A stretch of DNA of 64,000 bases from Paraspadella gotoi (taxonomy: Eukaryota; Animalia; Chaetognatha): contig CM119265.1 of the NCBI GenBank assembly GCA_051294375.1, forward strand, positions 7,698,629-7,762,628, in the 5' to 3' direction. Positions within the stretch are counted from its first letter, which is position 1, and each line of letters begins with the position of its first letter. Position numbers and translations under genes: made by a program. Under the pieces are notes generated by a model. That model did not search any database. It was not told the origin of the DNA and saw only the letters and a program-made list of their open reading frames with translations. Shown here one piece after another: positions 11,619 to 33,845 of the stretch.

Positions 11619-14600
11619 TTAGGTGAGCTTGAATGTTACAACTTTTGGCTTTACATGTAGCTCCATTTTTTTCTTCTCAACAATATTTTTAACTTCGTCC
11701 CTCCAGTTTTTAGGGTACATGAGCATGGGAGGCGGCTGCCCAGGCATTTGGGCATTTTGCTCCAATCGATCCCTCATCATCCTTGCTCCCCTTCCCATCG
11801 TCTCATAGCCTCGTTTCTCATTTGCGGGTTCTTTCCCAGTTGATTGCGAGGGAAAACTAGATGAGGCACTTTTGCGTTGACGGTTTTGGATGGGGATGAA
11901 TCTCGTAACCAAAAATTTATCGGTATTGCTAGAATCACTCTTTTGAATTAATGGTTGGGTATTTGGCCAAAGGCTTGCTTTTTCCTTGTTCAAGATTGTC
12001 GTGAGAGCTGATTCTGGAATTCGCGGTAATTTTTTCTTTTGTAAAAAAAGTTCATTTTTGGATTGATTTTCCGTTTTGAAGTTGAGCTCAGAATTCGCGC
12101 GAGTTTTTTCATCTCGAACGCCAAATTTTTGAGATTCTAATCTATACAGTCTCAACGTTCTTAATTCCTTTTCTTTCTTTCTGCCCAGAACTTGTTCCTT
12201 GATTTCTTTTTTGATTTCCGTCAATTCTTCTTTATCGATATTGACTGAGATTGAGTCGGCAATATTTTCGGTCATGCCGTTTGAAGGTGGTGGCCAAGAG
12301 AGTCGTCTTGGGCTACTTTGTTCTAAGGAGCGGCCTTGCGGAGAATGGAGAAAAGAAATTCTTCTTGGTTCATCGCCACCCTCTCGATCAGAGACGAAAT
12401 TATCTTCGTCGCTTGAGGAGCTGATGGAGGTTGCGTTTTGACTCTTGGCCATTATCTCATTACCGTCGTCGTTTGGGTTGATTGTCTCATCGTCTGGGTC
12501 AGCTTGTTTTATCACGTTGGCATTGGACTGGATAATTGACGTGGAATTAGCCGAATTTAGACGGATTTCGCTGCGTTCGCCAACAATTGGTTGTTTGAAT
12601 ACAGAAATAAAATTGGGACGACGAAGTTTTGTTTCAAGAATCAAATTTGCTTCTTGATGAAGTCTGTGGGCGGGATAATCTGACATATCGGTTTCTTTAG
12701 CAGTTTTTTTGTCGGGATTCTCGGGTGACAAAAGATTTTTTATTATTCTTTTATTGGCTGATCCCATTAATCGCATCCTATTAGCCCTTAACACTGTGTG
12801 AGGTAAAGTATTTTTTGTTACACTTATTTTATTCTCACTTTTTTCATCCGAATCATTCGAATTAATTGGTCCTTTCAATTCGTAATTCCAGTCAAGCTGC
12901 TCAAAACTAAAAATCAAGATGAAGTCTTGTAAGTGAACAATCAGTCTTTGAAAGCCACAGGGAAACATATCCAATATAGGCATTTCTGTGTAAGTGCACC
13001 GAATAGTTTTTATGCAGAGCCCCCTAATCACATCAAAAATTCTAATTCGGCCATCTCCACAGCCAGTCAATACGCGTAAATACATGTATTGTAAACTATA
13101 GACCATTGAAGGATGCTTGAAGTCTCGAAGGGGCTGATCATGCTTGCCTTGCATGCTCCAAACTAAGGCATGGGTGTCAAGAGAACTGCTTATTAAATGC
13201 CATTTATCCATTTGTATTCCAGTGATAGTGTCGTGATGTCCATTTAATTTTTTTTGTTGCCTTCCACTGGAAAGATTCCAAATTTTTATTTGTCCATTTG
13301 TAGTCGCGGTCACACAAACATTTTCTTCTTGATCAATCTTGACGGCTGTGACAGACCTGATATGCTTAAAATTGTGTAAAATGCTTTTATCCCACAAATT
13401 CCATATTTTGCAGGTTCTGTCAGACGATCCGCTTGCGAAGATATTTCCATCAACATAGAGACAATTGATAGTATTTCCGTGCCCCATGTAAATCTTTTTG
13501 CATTTTCCGTCCTTTATCTTCCACATTCGAATGGTAGTGTCATAACTGCCACTCAAGAGCAATCCGTGCTCCTCCATCAACCAAAGGCATCTTACTGATC
13601 CCGCATGACCGAAACAACTTTTGGCGCTGATCCGTCCGCTTTCCAAAGACAGGATTTTGATCGGCGCCGAACCTTCTCCAATCGCCATCATCTTCGATCC
13701 ATGTTTGCTTTCGGTATGAACGACTCGGTTAGGCCTATCGCTAGTATAAATAATTAGCGGACTGGCCGGGGAACAAAAAACGTTTCTCTCTTCCATGATC
13801 ACTTTTCTAGTTTTGACGCCGCGATACGCCGAACGGAACCCGATGGCTTCGTCTCCTCGCCCGCCGTTCTCCCCATCTGCTTTCGACGATACCGTTTTAA
13901 CCTTCGTGTCCGGCACCGGAACCTCCACGTAAGCGGCGTAATCGACGGCCGGCTCTCCGCGATGGATGACGGAAGCGTCGAAGCAACTCCCGCCCTGAGC
14001 CAAAAGCTTGATGTAGCAATCATCGTTGGAGCGGCGTTGCTTTCTTTCCGCCATCACTTCCAGCGTCAACGCCTTCCAGTGTTGGCTGACCTTGGCGCAG
14101 TTGAGGAGCCATTTGTAGCTGAGCTCATTGAGGATCCGTTTGGCGACGTGGACGGGAAGTTTTCGGATAAAATCGACGCCGGTATTTAAGGGCAAGGGTG
14201 GGAACGCTGACGCCGCCAACGACGCTGAAAACTCTTCAGGTTGGAACTTGAAGGGTTTGTTCTCGGGATTTTTAGTGAGTAAATTAACTTCAGATTCTGA
14301 ATTGAGGCTCAAACTTTCAAGGGAACTTTGGACGCTAGTGTCGTCGATAAATCTGAAATGTAAGAAAAAAATGATTTTAATTTAACAGGACAATTAACAA
14401 CAACAAAATACTAAAATTAAATATTGATTTTGTCTTTTTTTTTTTTTTTAATATTTTATTCCTTTCATCATTAACCCCAAGACTGTCAAATTACAAATAG
14501 GATGACGAAGACGACGACAACAAACAACGACGACAACAACAACGACACGATAACGACGATTCCTCACCTCAAAAGATTCTTCCCCTTTGCCAGCGTCCCG

Positions 14601-15499
14601 TCCTCGATCCTCGATTTAACAGTCGACAAGAGATTCAAGTCCGGATTAAACTCAATCGGAATTTCTTTCGATTTTTCGTAGAATCGGATTTTATCCTCAA
14701 CCGTGGGCGGCCTCTTCGACGGCGCCGTCCAACGTCGATGATTTTCCGGCGACAAAGACGCCGTCGATGACGCTTCCATCTTCGCCAGCACCCGGCGCGT
14801 CGCCTCGGCGAACGTTTGCAGTGGAGTTGTCTTGCAGCAGCGAAGGACGCCGAGCATGAATCCGTAGCGAGCGCGAGGGTGAGAAGCGCGGAACCAGCGG
14901 AGCGCGGCGCTGATGGCCTCGTCGAGCGCCACGGGCGGCACGGCAAAGGATTGGGCGGCGACGAAAGAGTCGACGGCGACGCCCGGGTAGAGTTTCGCGC
15001 GAGAATAGACGAGGTCTTTGGAGGAATGAGGGGAGAGGGCGAGGAGAAGGTGGGAGAGCAGGGAGGAGAGTTCAATTCGAGTTGGAGGCGGTTGAGTAGA
15101 AGGAGGAGATGATGGAAGAAGAGGGGCAGAGAGGATAGCAGGAGCTGAAAGGGGTTTCGCTCCAGGAGGAGGATGAAGGCGGCCCCGCTCTTGCCAAGCC
15201 TCCGCCCTTTCGGCCGCCGCAGCGACGTCGCTCTCCGCCGCTTCCTGCTCGACCACGCCGAGCAGCGAGAGCAGGAAAGTCGTTTGAGTTCGATCCCCCG
15301 TTCGGGTCAACCAGAGGCGCGTCTCGTCCACCACGCGGCGCAAATGACATCCGTCGCACGCGTTGCATGGCAAGGATACTTCTGTGGGTGATGGTTGATC
15401 GACGGTGGCGTTTGAGCTGGAATTGGCGTTGGCGCGGCCGCAGAAGGTCAGTTCGCTCGGAAGAAGGACCGTCAACGGGGAGAAGTGGGCTACCGCCAT
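11619..15499 (-). CDS. FBXW10: F-box/WD repeat-containing protein 10 (FBXW10/CDRT1-like), 2 coding exons, ~1,221 aa
   Basis: Exons 15499-14568 and 14352-11619 joined by a phase-2 intron (GTGAG...TTTCAG). N-terminal CxxC and KDLVYSR, F-box DFIRKLPVHVAKRIL...CAKVSQHW, family motif MEERNVFC, WD40 repeats GHAGSVRCLWLMEEHGLLLSGSYD and DKWHLISSS...WSMQGK...FKHP. These closely resemble vertebrate FBXW10 as I recall it. Confidence 0.9.
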
Positions 15500-15754
15500 A
15501 ACGTTATATTTCCTTGATCGCCACGCTCCTGATTGGAAGCGAAAAAAAAATACGAGAGAGTATTTAAGATTCTTTTCTTTTTCATTCTTAATTCTTTTCC
15601 CTTTTTTTTTCTAGTTTCTAGTTTTAAATTAAATTTAATCCTTAATTTTCGATGTAAATTACGAAATGGAAGCGAATTCCTCCGCAAGAAGTTAATTAGC
15701 GTCGCGCGTTCGTTGGTTCGGCTTTCTCGGCTCTTGGCTTTTCTGCCTTTCTCT

Positions 15755-15812
<58 letters not shown>

Positions 15813-15954
15813 CTCTCCTCTCTCTCTCTCTCTCTCTCCTTCTCTTTTTCTCACTCTTCGGCCCCTCTGAAAAAAAAATCCCTTTGTTTCCAATGAAGAG
15901 CTAATCCTCTGGCAAAGTCACCTCGAAACGACCCCCTTTCGTCCCCTCCACTCT

Positions 15955-16089
<135 letters not shown>

Positions 16090-16213
16090 TTTTCATCTTG
16101 CGTCCTTACCGTCTTAATCCATCGGATATTTGATGTCGCGAGACTCTCACTCCTTTTTCTTTATCATTTCTTTTTTTAGTTTCTTCGTTCAATTTCGTAT
16201 AATTCTCTTCCCT

Positions 16214-16414
16214 TCAGCCGGGCGAGTATTTTTCGAACAGGCGGCGCCAGCGCCTCCCCAGTTTTAGCGGTGGCGTCGGTACAACCTCTACAAGCTCCTT
16301 GTCAGCCAGTTGAAAACGTGTATTTCGCCTTTGTCGTCGTTCGATCGCATTGATCCATTCTGCCACACTGGTGGTCTTCGCCTTTCGGGAATCACTGCTG
16401 TTTACGACCGTCTC
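16214..16414 (-). CDS. Candidate small ORF exon upstream of FBXW10 (ETVVNSS...FEKYSPG*)
   Basis: Strong acceptor (CTAAT branch point, pyrimidine tract, TAG) at 16415. Only one frame is open (66 codons plus TGA). A possible start ATG|GTAAAC lies at 16773-16771. Confidence 0.35.
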   Translation of the reverse strand, partial: ETVVNSSDSRKAKTTSVAEWINAIERRQRRNTRFQLADKELVEVVPTPPLKLGRRWRRLFEKYSPG

Positions 16415-16966
16415 CTAGAGACGAGATTAGAAGAAAGAGAAAAGATAAAGAATATTATTTTTTTTTAAAAATTCATCTTGTTTTTTTCTCATTAAAAAAA
16501 AAGTCTCTATCAGAGATCGGCTCGCTCGAACGAATAGAGTTAAACAAGTTCCGACCTTTGGTCTTTCTTAATAAAAAAATTTAAATCAAAGTTTCTCATT
16601 ACTTTTCGTGATTACGAAATTCGTATAATTTCTATAACGATTAACGAGTTCCTTAACAAAACTGTATTTATTTTTCATGTGAAACATTAATCATCTCATC
16701 GGTCTAAACTTTGTCATAATCGAACGACAAGAGAAACCCTGACGTGCGCTCTTGTCCACTTTCGGTTTACCATCTGTTGGTCAAAAAATTCGGATGGCCA
16801 ATTTGTTTTGTTTTTTTTTTGGGGGGGGGTGGCATCGTCGTCGTCGTCGTTGATGGCGCGGTTCGAAAATTAGTAAACAAACAGAACGGCATCGACGGCG
16901 TCACAGGGTGTAAAGCTCGGTTCGGTGACGAATTATAAACAAAACATAAAAGATAGGCTTTTTATG

Positions 16967-17087
<121 letters not shown>

Positions 17088-17407
17088 CGTAGTTAACTAG
17101 TAATAGAGTATTTATGTATACTAATGCTGTCTACATATAAATGCTGAAGACATTAGCAAAAAATAAAAGAAAAATGTGTGGAGTCGAATTGATTAATTTA
17201 ATCTACGTACGTACAATCTCTAAACTTTTGGTTTTGTTTCTGTTTTTACATTTGTTTTGTTTTTTTTATCAATGCTATTTTGTTTTTTTTGTTTTTTCGT
17301 TCTCTCTCTGGCGACGAAATCAAAAACAAGTTGAGCCGTGACCTTTGGAGAGGGAACAAAAACTTTGCCGCGGTCGACTTGTGAGAAAAAGAGAAAGAGA
17401 AAGAGAG

Positions 17408-17493
<86 letters not shown>

Positions 17494-17584
17494 GAAATCA
17501 CATCCGCAAATGTTTCTTAAATATAGAATTTAAAATCTACAACTGACTTCTCCCTCTCTCTCTCTTCTCTTTCATCTCTCTCTC

Positions 17585-17621
<37 letters not shown>

Positions 17622-19009
17622 GTATTTCTAGCCTTCAGAATAGATTCGTGTCGCATAAAACTGAAACCGGTTCTGGTTGAGGCAGTGAGTCTGTGGAAGT
17701 GGGTGGCCGCGGACGGCGGCGGGGGGAGGGGGCGTGGCTACCAGATTCTGCAGATTGAAACCGAGAGAAAAAAAAATTGAAATCTGCCTTGAAAGGCCGC
17801 GGTGGTGAGACAGAGTGGGTCGGTGACGGCCAAGTTCGGCCAAAGTGAGGTTTTAAAGAAGAGGGAAGTCGGCGACAGTGTAGAGGGAGAAAGAAGGATA
17901 ACAAAGAGAAACAGGCGAAAAGGGAAAGAAACAAGTGAAAATGGAAAGAAGCGATGATAAATGGAGAAAAGGAGATTTCTTTCGGAGCGAAAATTACAGG
18001 AATCAAAAGGTCAGTCGAAAGCGAAAGGTTCAACGCGAAAGAGGATTTTCGTTTAATCCCGCGACTGCTGTAAATTACACTAGATTAAAGGAGCTGCGCC
18101 ATCGATCTTCCTTTACGCTCGCGAGACTAAAAAAGTCGTAATCTTATTCGTCAAAATGTCTACGGCCAGTATCGATCTCGAGATTTTCTGGCCGCGGAAG
18201 TTTGACGGGGATGATTCGCCAAGTATACGGGTGTCTGACTGAATGACCGACCGACGAAGAGACTTTAATCTGGAGACGGACTCACTGAACTAAAAAGGAG
18301 AAAAAGTTTTGAGTAAAAAATAGATAATTTGATGGAAAACGTAATCTCTTACGAATGAAACGATGCCACTGAAGTTTGAACTAGTCTGGTGCGTGAAGGG
18401 AGAAAAAAGAATATGAAAGCTTCTGAGGGATGAATGTCAAAGTGTAACATATTACATTGGTTGTACCAATTGGATACACGATATAACAGCGTATGTACAA
18501 CATGAAGAAGAATAAAGCTGTAGAACTTTGAAGGAGAACAACGCTGCAGAACAAAGACAAGAGAACGAGGAAGATGAACAACGCAGAAGAACGAGAGCAG
18601 CTTTGTAGACAGAGAACTAAACAACGAAGGAGAATCGCGCAGTGTTCTCCTTGAAACGATCGGGCCAAAAAAAAAATGTTTCGCTTCAGTTTTCGACTCC
18701 TTTTGTTGGAAACTTTTAATCAGACTTTAACGCGCTGACTTGGCTGCGCCGCCGCCGCCGCTGCCGCTCTCACCGCCGCCGTGAATGACAACGACGACGA
18801 AGACGACGACGACGACGACGACGTGTTTGGAATGGACGCCGCCTCTTCTGACGTCAATCACGTGGCCACCGGAAGTCCTTCTAATTCCTTATTGCGTTTG
18901 CTTTGGCAATCTGCCTTTCAGCTTATGTCTTTTCTTGTTGAGCAAAATCAATTTCCCTTCGCCAATCTCTCTCTCTCTCTCTCTNNNNNNNNNNNNNNNN
19001 NNNNNNNNN

Positions 19010-28722
<9,713 letters not shown>

Positions 28723-29219
28723 AGATGTTATGAGCGAAAAATATTCGCAGCGAGAGGTATTTTTATCTCCCTTGTTTAACTTAGTCGTACGTCAGGCAAA
28801 ATCCCGACGAAGTATACAGTTTGTATTTCCATAAATCCGGGAAGTAATCATGTAAGCGAAGCTAGATATCAGACGTTGGAGATATAGAAGCTTCGACGTG
28901 TGAGGTAGAGGAGGAGGGAGGATGACGGGAGGGGTGTGAAGAGAAGAAGTGGAAGAGACAAGTTTTGGCGATAAGGATTGCGATTTTATTCTTTGTTGAT
29001 GGTATAAGAAAGAAGAAGAAAGTTTGAGATTAGTTTATCAAAGAAAACGTAAGACGAGTGATTACTAGATAAGATTATGCTCAGACGGATTGAAGCGAAG
29101 CAGGATAGGAGAAAGAAGAGAGAGGAAGAGAGAGAGAGAGAGAAGAGAGAAGAGGAAGAGAGAGCAGAGAAGGAGAGAGAGAGAGAGAGGAAGAGGGAGA
29201 AAGAGTAGAGAGACGAGAT

Positions 29220-31904
29220 GTGTAAACGAGCGATGACTCGAAGCGATTGCTTATTTGGTTTCTTTCCAGAATTGGAGCGATTCTCGAAAGACAAATGCGG
29301 AAAAGAAGGAAAAAGAGGAAAAGAGGAGTGGTCATTGGCGAGAGAGTCGAAACTTCTAAACCAATTTCGCCTATTAACTTTTTCTTTTCCTCCCATCCCT
29401 CCTCTTTTCTAACGGGTTTTGTATTTGGAAATAAGTAGACATATTAAGAAATATATTTATTTTAGTTTACGTCTTAAACTTATTTGAATCAATGCAATTT
29501 CGCATTGTGTCATTGTAGAAATTATAGAATTGATACATTGTATCATTTTTTTCGCGAGGATTTTCGGTCAAATACCTTCTCAACCACTTCGAAATTCTAT
29601 CCAAGCTTTTTTTAAAACGCCCTCACCCTTAACCAATTCCTGTCCATTATTAATTATGTTTTCTGAATCTTCTCCCGATAGAAATAACTTCCCCTTCCAC
29701 CTCCCCTCCACCTCCTCTTCCACTCTTCACATCCACTCTTCCACCCTTCCACCCTTCCACTCAAAACACCCTTCCCCCCTTACCCCACCCTCTCCATGCT
29801 TTCTATTGATCAAGTCCTTCCAACGCAAGTTAGAGAAATATGTGCTCATCATTATCTATTCATCTTCGTCTATTGTCAATTGTCTCTCGTCTTCTTCTGC
29901 TCTCTCTTCCCTTCACTCTCTCTCTCTCTCTCTCTCTGTCTCTGCTTTCTTCTCTCTCTCACTCATCTCCTCTTCTCTCTCTCTCTCTCGTCTTCTCTTT
30001 CTTCCTCCTCTCTTCCGCTCTGACTCGATCCAAATTCTTTCCACTCTCAATTTTTTTTCTCTCCGCCTGACTCCCCCGGGTAGAAGAAAGGCAAGATAAA
30101 ATTAAAATTTGAATAAACAATCGATTTTGGTTCAAAACCCACCCGGCACGGTCGAGAGAAAAGAAACAAAAACAGAAGAAAACAAACACGAAAAAGAATA
30201 CAAAAATCTTTGAAGCAAGACACGACAAAACGGAAACGAGAACGGCCTAAATACAGAAGACTAGAAACGGTATAGAATAACAAGCTAATTGATGTGGAAC
30301 GATCAAGGACAAAGAGTTTTCGTCTTTTGGTGTTTCGTGTCATGATTTATCATATATTTTGTCATCGTATTCATCAGTTGTGCACTAGTCGAGTCTTTCG
30401 TTCTTGTTGTCATTGTCATCATCTCGTCGTCCCCGAACAGAAGGAAACTCAATTTTTAAAGAAGAAAAACGAAGAAAAGAAAAAAGAACAAGTAAAAAAG
30501 TTAATAGGAAATTGTTTTGGAAAGAAAAGAAATGAAATAGGAAGAGAAAGAAAGGGAAAAAGAGTAAAATGAAGCACAGGAAGGAGATCCAGAAGGAGAG
30601 AGGTGGTGAAGAAAGTTAAAAGAAGAAAGAAAGAAGTTGAAGAGAGCAAAGACCAAAACAAATTGAATGAAAATCTCTAAACTATTTAGTAGTAAAAGAA
30701 AAGACAATTACTCTTGATATTTTTTCAAAAAATAAAACCTGTACCAATAGCTCTGTACAGTTTTCAATAGGTATATAATTAATTATAAAACATTCATCGT
30801 GCGTAAGAGCTTCACGCTGCGCAAGGTCAAGGATAAATTGGAAAATTCTTTTGTCTGACCTTTTTTAATGACGTAGATCGTCCGATCCCAGTTCTCGACC
30901 TGTTTCACATGCCACGTAGCAATTGCACTAAGGTGACGAAAACGTCGATTTCAAGGACGAAATTCTCTCTCCTCTCTCTCTCTCCCCTTCTCTCTCAAAA
31001 TGGTCTCTTTTACTCAGCTCGTCTCGCCTGCTCGTTCGCTTCTCGAAGGCTCTCTCTCCTCTCTCTCTCTTTCTCCGTTCCAGCCCCTCTCTCTCTCTCT
31101 TTCCTCGTGTGAAAAATAAATTATCAGCTTACCTGTTCCAATATATTGACGCAACAAAAAATGTAAAAAAAATATATTAAATCGATGGAACCTGAGGGTT
31201 AAAAAAAATCTATTCTAGGGCTTCTTCGTTCTATGCGATTTATTTACTGGAATGAAAACATTTGTAATATATTTTTTTTAAATTGCGCGCGCTACGAGAG
31301 TTCTACCTAACTAATTCTTTGTAACAATTAACGCTTGCGTGGCTGCGACGGGGTCATGGAGACGTCACAAACGGTGACACTTCACCGTCCAAAAAAAACA
31401 TGAACGACTAAAATAGTTCTTAATCTCGACTCTCGCTCCTCACATATCAGACAATTCTGATAGATTTACCAAATTAGCAAATCCTTCGGTTCAATGATCC
31501 AAGTCATCTCTAAAATGATTTCACGATACCGACAATTCTGATCTCAACGAACCCACCGAGGTGAGGTGGGTCTATTGCATTGGGGACTTTGGTTGGTGTC
31601 CGTGAGACGGATGGACGAACGTTAAAAGAAATTGCAATGGAGGATCAACGGAAGTCAGATTGGGTCGAGGGGCGAGGGATTGAGTTAAGGGGGTGTGGAT
31701 GGGGGGCTGAAGAGAGGGAAGTCTCTGAAAAAGGGGGGGGGTCGTTAAGGGGGACGCCATTGTCGCCCGGCGGACAACGAGAGCCGCGGGAACGGAACGA
31801 TCGCGCATGACTTTGACAAGGCGATGATAATTGGAATTCTAATTTTCTTTAAAAATTGTCCATGGAGGGTGGAAGCGAAGGAAGGTGAGCAGGAGGTGAT
31901 TTGG

Positions 31905-31959
<55 letters not shown>

Positions 31960-31961
31960 GA

Positions 31962-31994
<33 letters not shown>

Positions 31995-32202
31995 AGAGTG
32001 GGGGGGACTGCAAGAACCGGAGCAAAATGTCCATCTCTTTGGTTTACGATTCCCGAACGCACCGTCCTTTCAAATCGCTCTCGTTTCTCTCCTTTTTCCT
32101 TTTTTTCCCTTTTTTTTTCTTTACTTTTTTTTTCCACAAGACCGCTTTTCCCCCCTGCTTGTGCTCGAATGACAACCAGCGCCCAAGCTGGGATTCTTTC
32201 GG

Positions 32203-32244
<42 letters not shown>

Positions 32245-32561
32245 CTCCTCTCACTCTCTCTTCTCTCTCTCTTCTCTCACTCTCTCTCTCTCTTCTCACT
32301 CTCTCTCCTCTTCTCTTCCCTCTCTCTCTCTCTCCTTCTCTCGTCTCTCTCTCTCTCTTCTAATACCCAAAGAGAGAGTCCCGGCGTCATGGTGTGGAAC
32401 TCTTTCGACCAATCATAATCTTTGGAGAGCATTGAAGCGAGCTTTCGAACCAATCATAATCGAGATCGAAAACTCAACGTTGACGACAGTCTCGTCGATG
32501 ATTTGTCCTTTTGACGTTGGAAAGAGAAGAGACCGTTGATTGCTTTTTCTCCGGGGAAGGG

Positions 32562-32615
<54 letters not shown>

Positions 32616-33845
32616 GAGAGAGACGAGAGGAGAGAAGGGAGACGTCTTTTCCCTTTCTTTCTCTTCCTATTTCAATTTCTTTTTTTCAAACAATTTCCTA
32701 TTTAACTTTTTATCCTTTTGTCTTTTTTTTCTTTTCTTCGTCTTTTCTTCTTAAAAATTGATTTCCTTCTGTTCGGGGACGACGATGATGACAATGACAA
32801 CAAGAACGAAGACTCGACTAGTGACAATGATGAAGACGATGACAAATGATAATGATTAAGGACCTCATGACATCTACGAAAACAAAGAGAAAACTTTTTG
32901 TCCTTGATGTCGTCAATGATTGTTGTTATTCTTACGTTAGTTTCTGTTTTGGCCGTTTCGGTTTCTGTTTTGTCTGTCTTTGCTTCAATTTTCTTGTTTC
33001 TTTTTCTGTTTTTTTTTCTGTTTTTGTTTCTTTCCTCGACCTCGTTGTTTGGAACCAAAATCGATTGTTATTCAAATTTAATTTTTCTTGCTTTTCTCCG
33101 GGAGAGGCGGAGAGAAAAAAANNNNNNNNNNNNNNNNNNNNNNNNNNNNNNNNNNNNNNNNNNNNNNNNNNNNNNNNNNNNNNNNNNNNNNNNNNNNNNN
33201 NNNNNNNNNNNNNNNNNNNNNNNNNNNNNNNNNNNNNNNNNNNNNNNNNNNNNNNNNNNNNNNNNNNNNNNNNNNNNNNNNNNNNNNNNNNNNNNNNNNN
33301 NNNNNNNNNNNNNNNNNNNNNNNNNNNNNNNNNNNNNNNNNNNNNNNNNNNNNNNNNNNNNNNNNNNNNNNNNNNNNNNNNNNNNNNNNNAGGGAGAAGA
33401 TTAGAAAAACTTAATAATAATGACAGGAATTGGTTAAGGGTGAGGGGTTTTATAAAAGCTTTGATAGAATTTCATGACAGGGTTGAGAAGGTATTTGACG
33501 AAAATCTCGCGAAAAAAAATGATACAATGATACAATTCTATAATTCTACAATGACACAATGCGAGAATTGCATTGATTCAATAAGTTAAACGTAAACTAA
33601 AATAAATATATTCTTAAATGCCTTAATGTTCCAAATACAAACCCGTTAGACAAAGAGGAGGGATGTGGAGGAAAGAAAAAGTTAATAGGGAAATTGGTTA
33701 AGAAGTTTCGACTCTCTCGCCAGATGACCACTTTTCCTCTTTTTCCTCTTTTTCCTTCTTTTTCCGATTTTCTTCGAGAGTCGCTCCAATTCTGGAAAGA
33801 AACCAAATAAGGCAACGCTTCGAGTCATCGCCGATTCACATCTGA
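29220..33845. repeat. Inverted duplication: ~29220-30565 is the reverse complement of ~32640-33845
   Basis: For example gactcgaagcgattgcttatttggtttctttccagaattggagcga (~29235) versus tcgctccaattctggaaagaaaccaaataaggcaacgcttcgagtc (33781). The arms differ by small indels. Confidence 0.75.

Noticed and set aside
18156-18242. Short ATG-initiated frame MSTASIDLEIFWPRKFDGDDSPS
   Set aside because: Good start context, but weak donors and no identifiable downstream exon before the gap.
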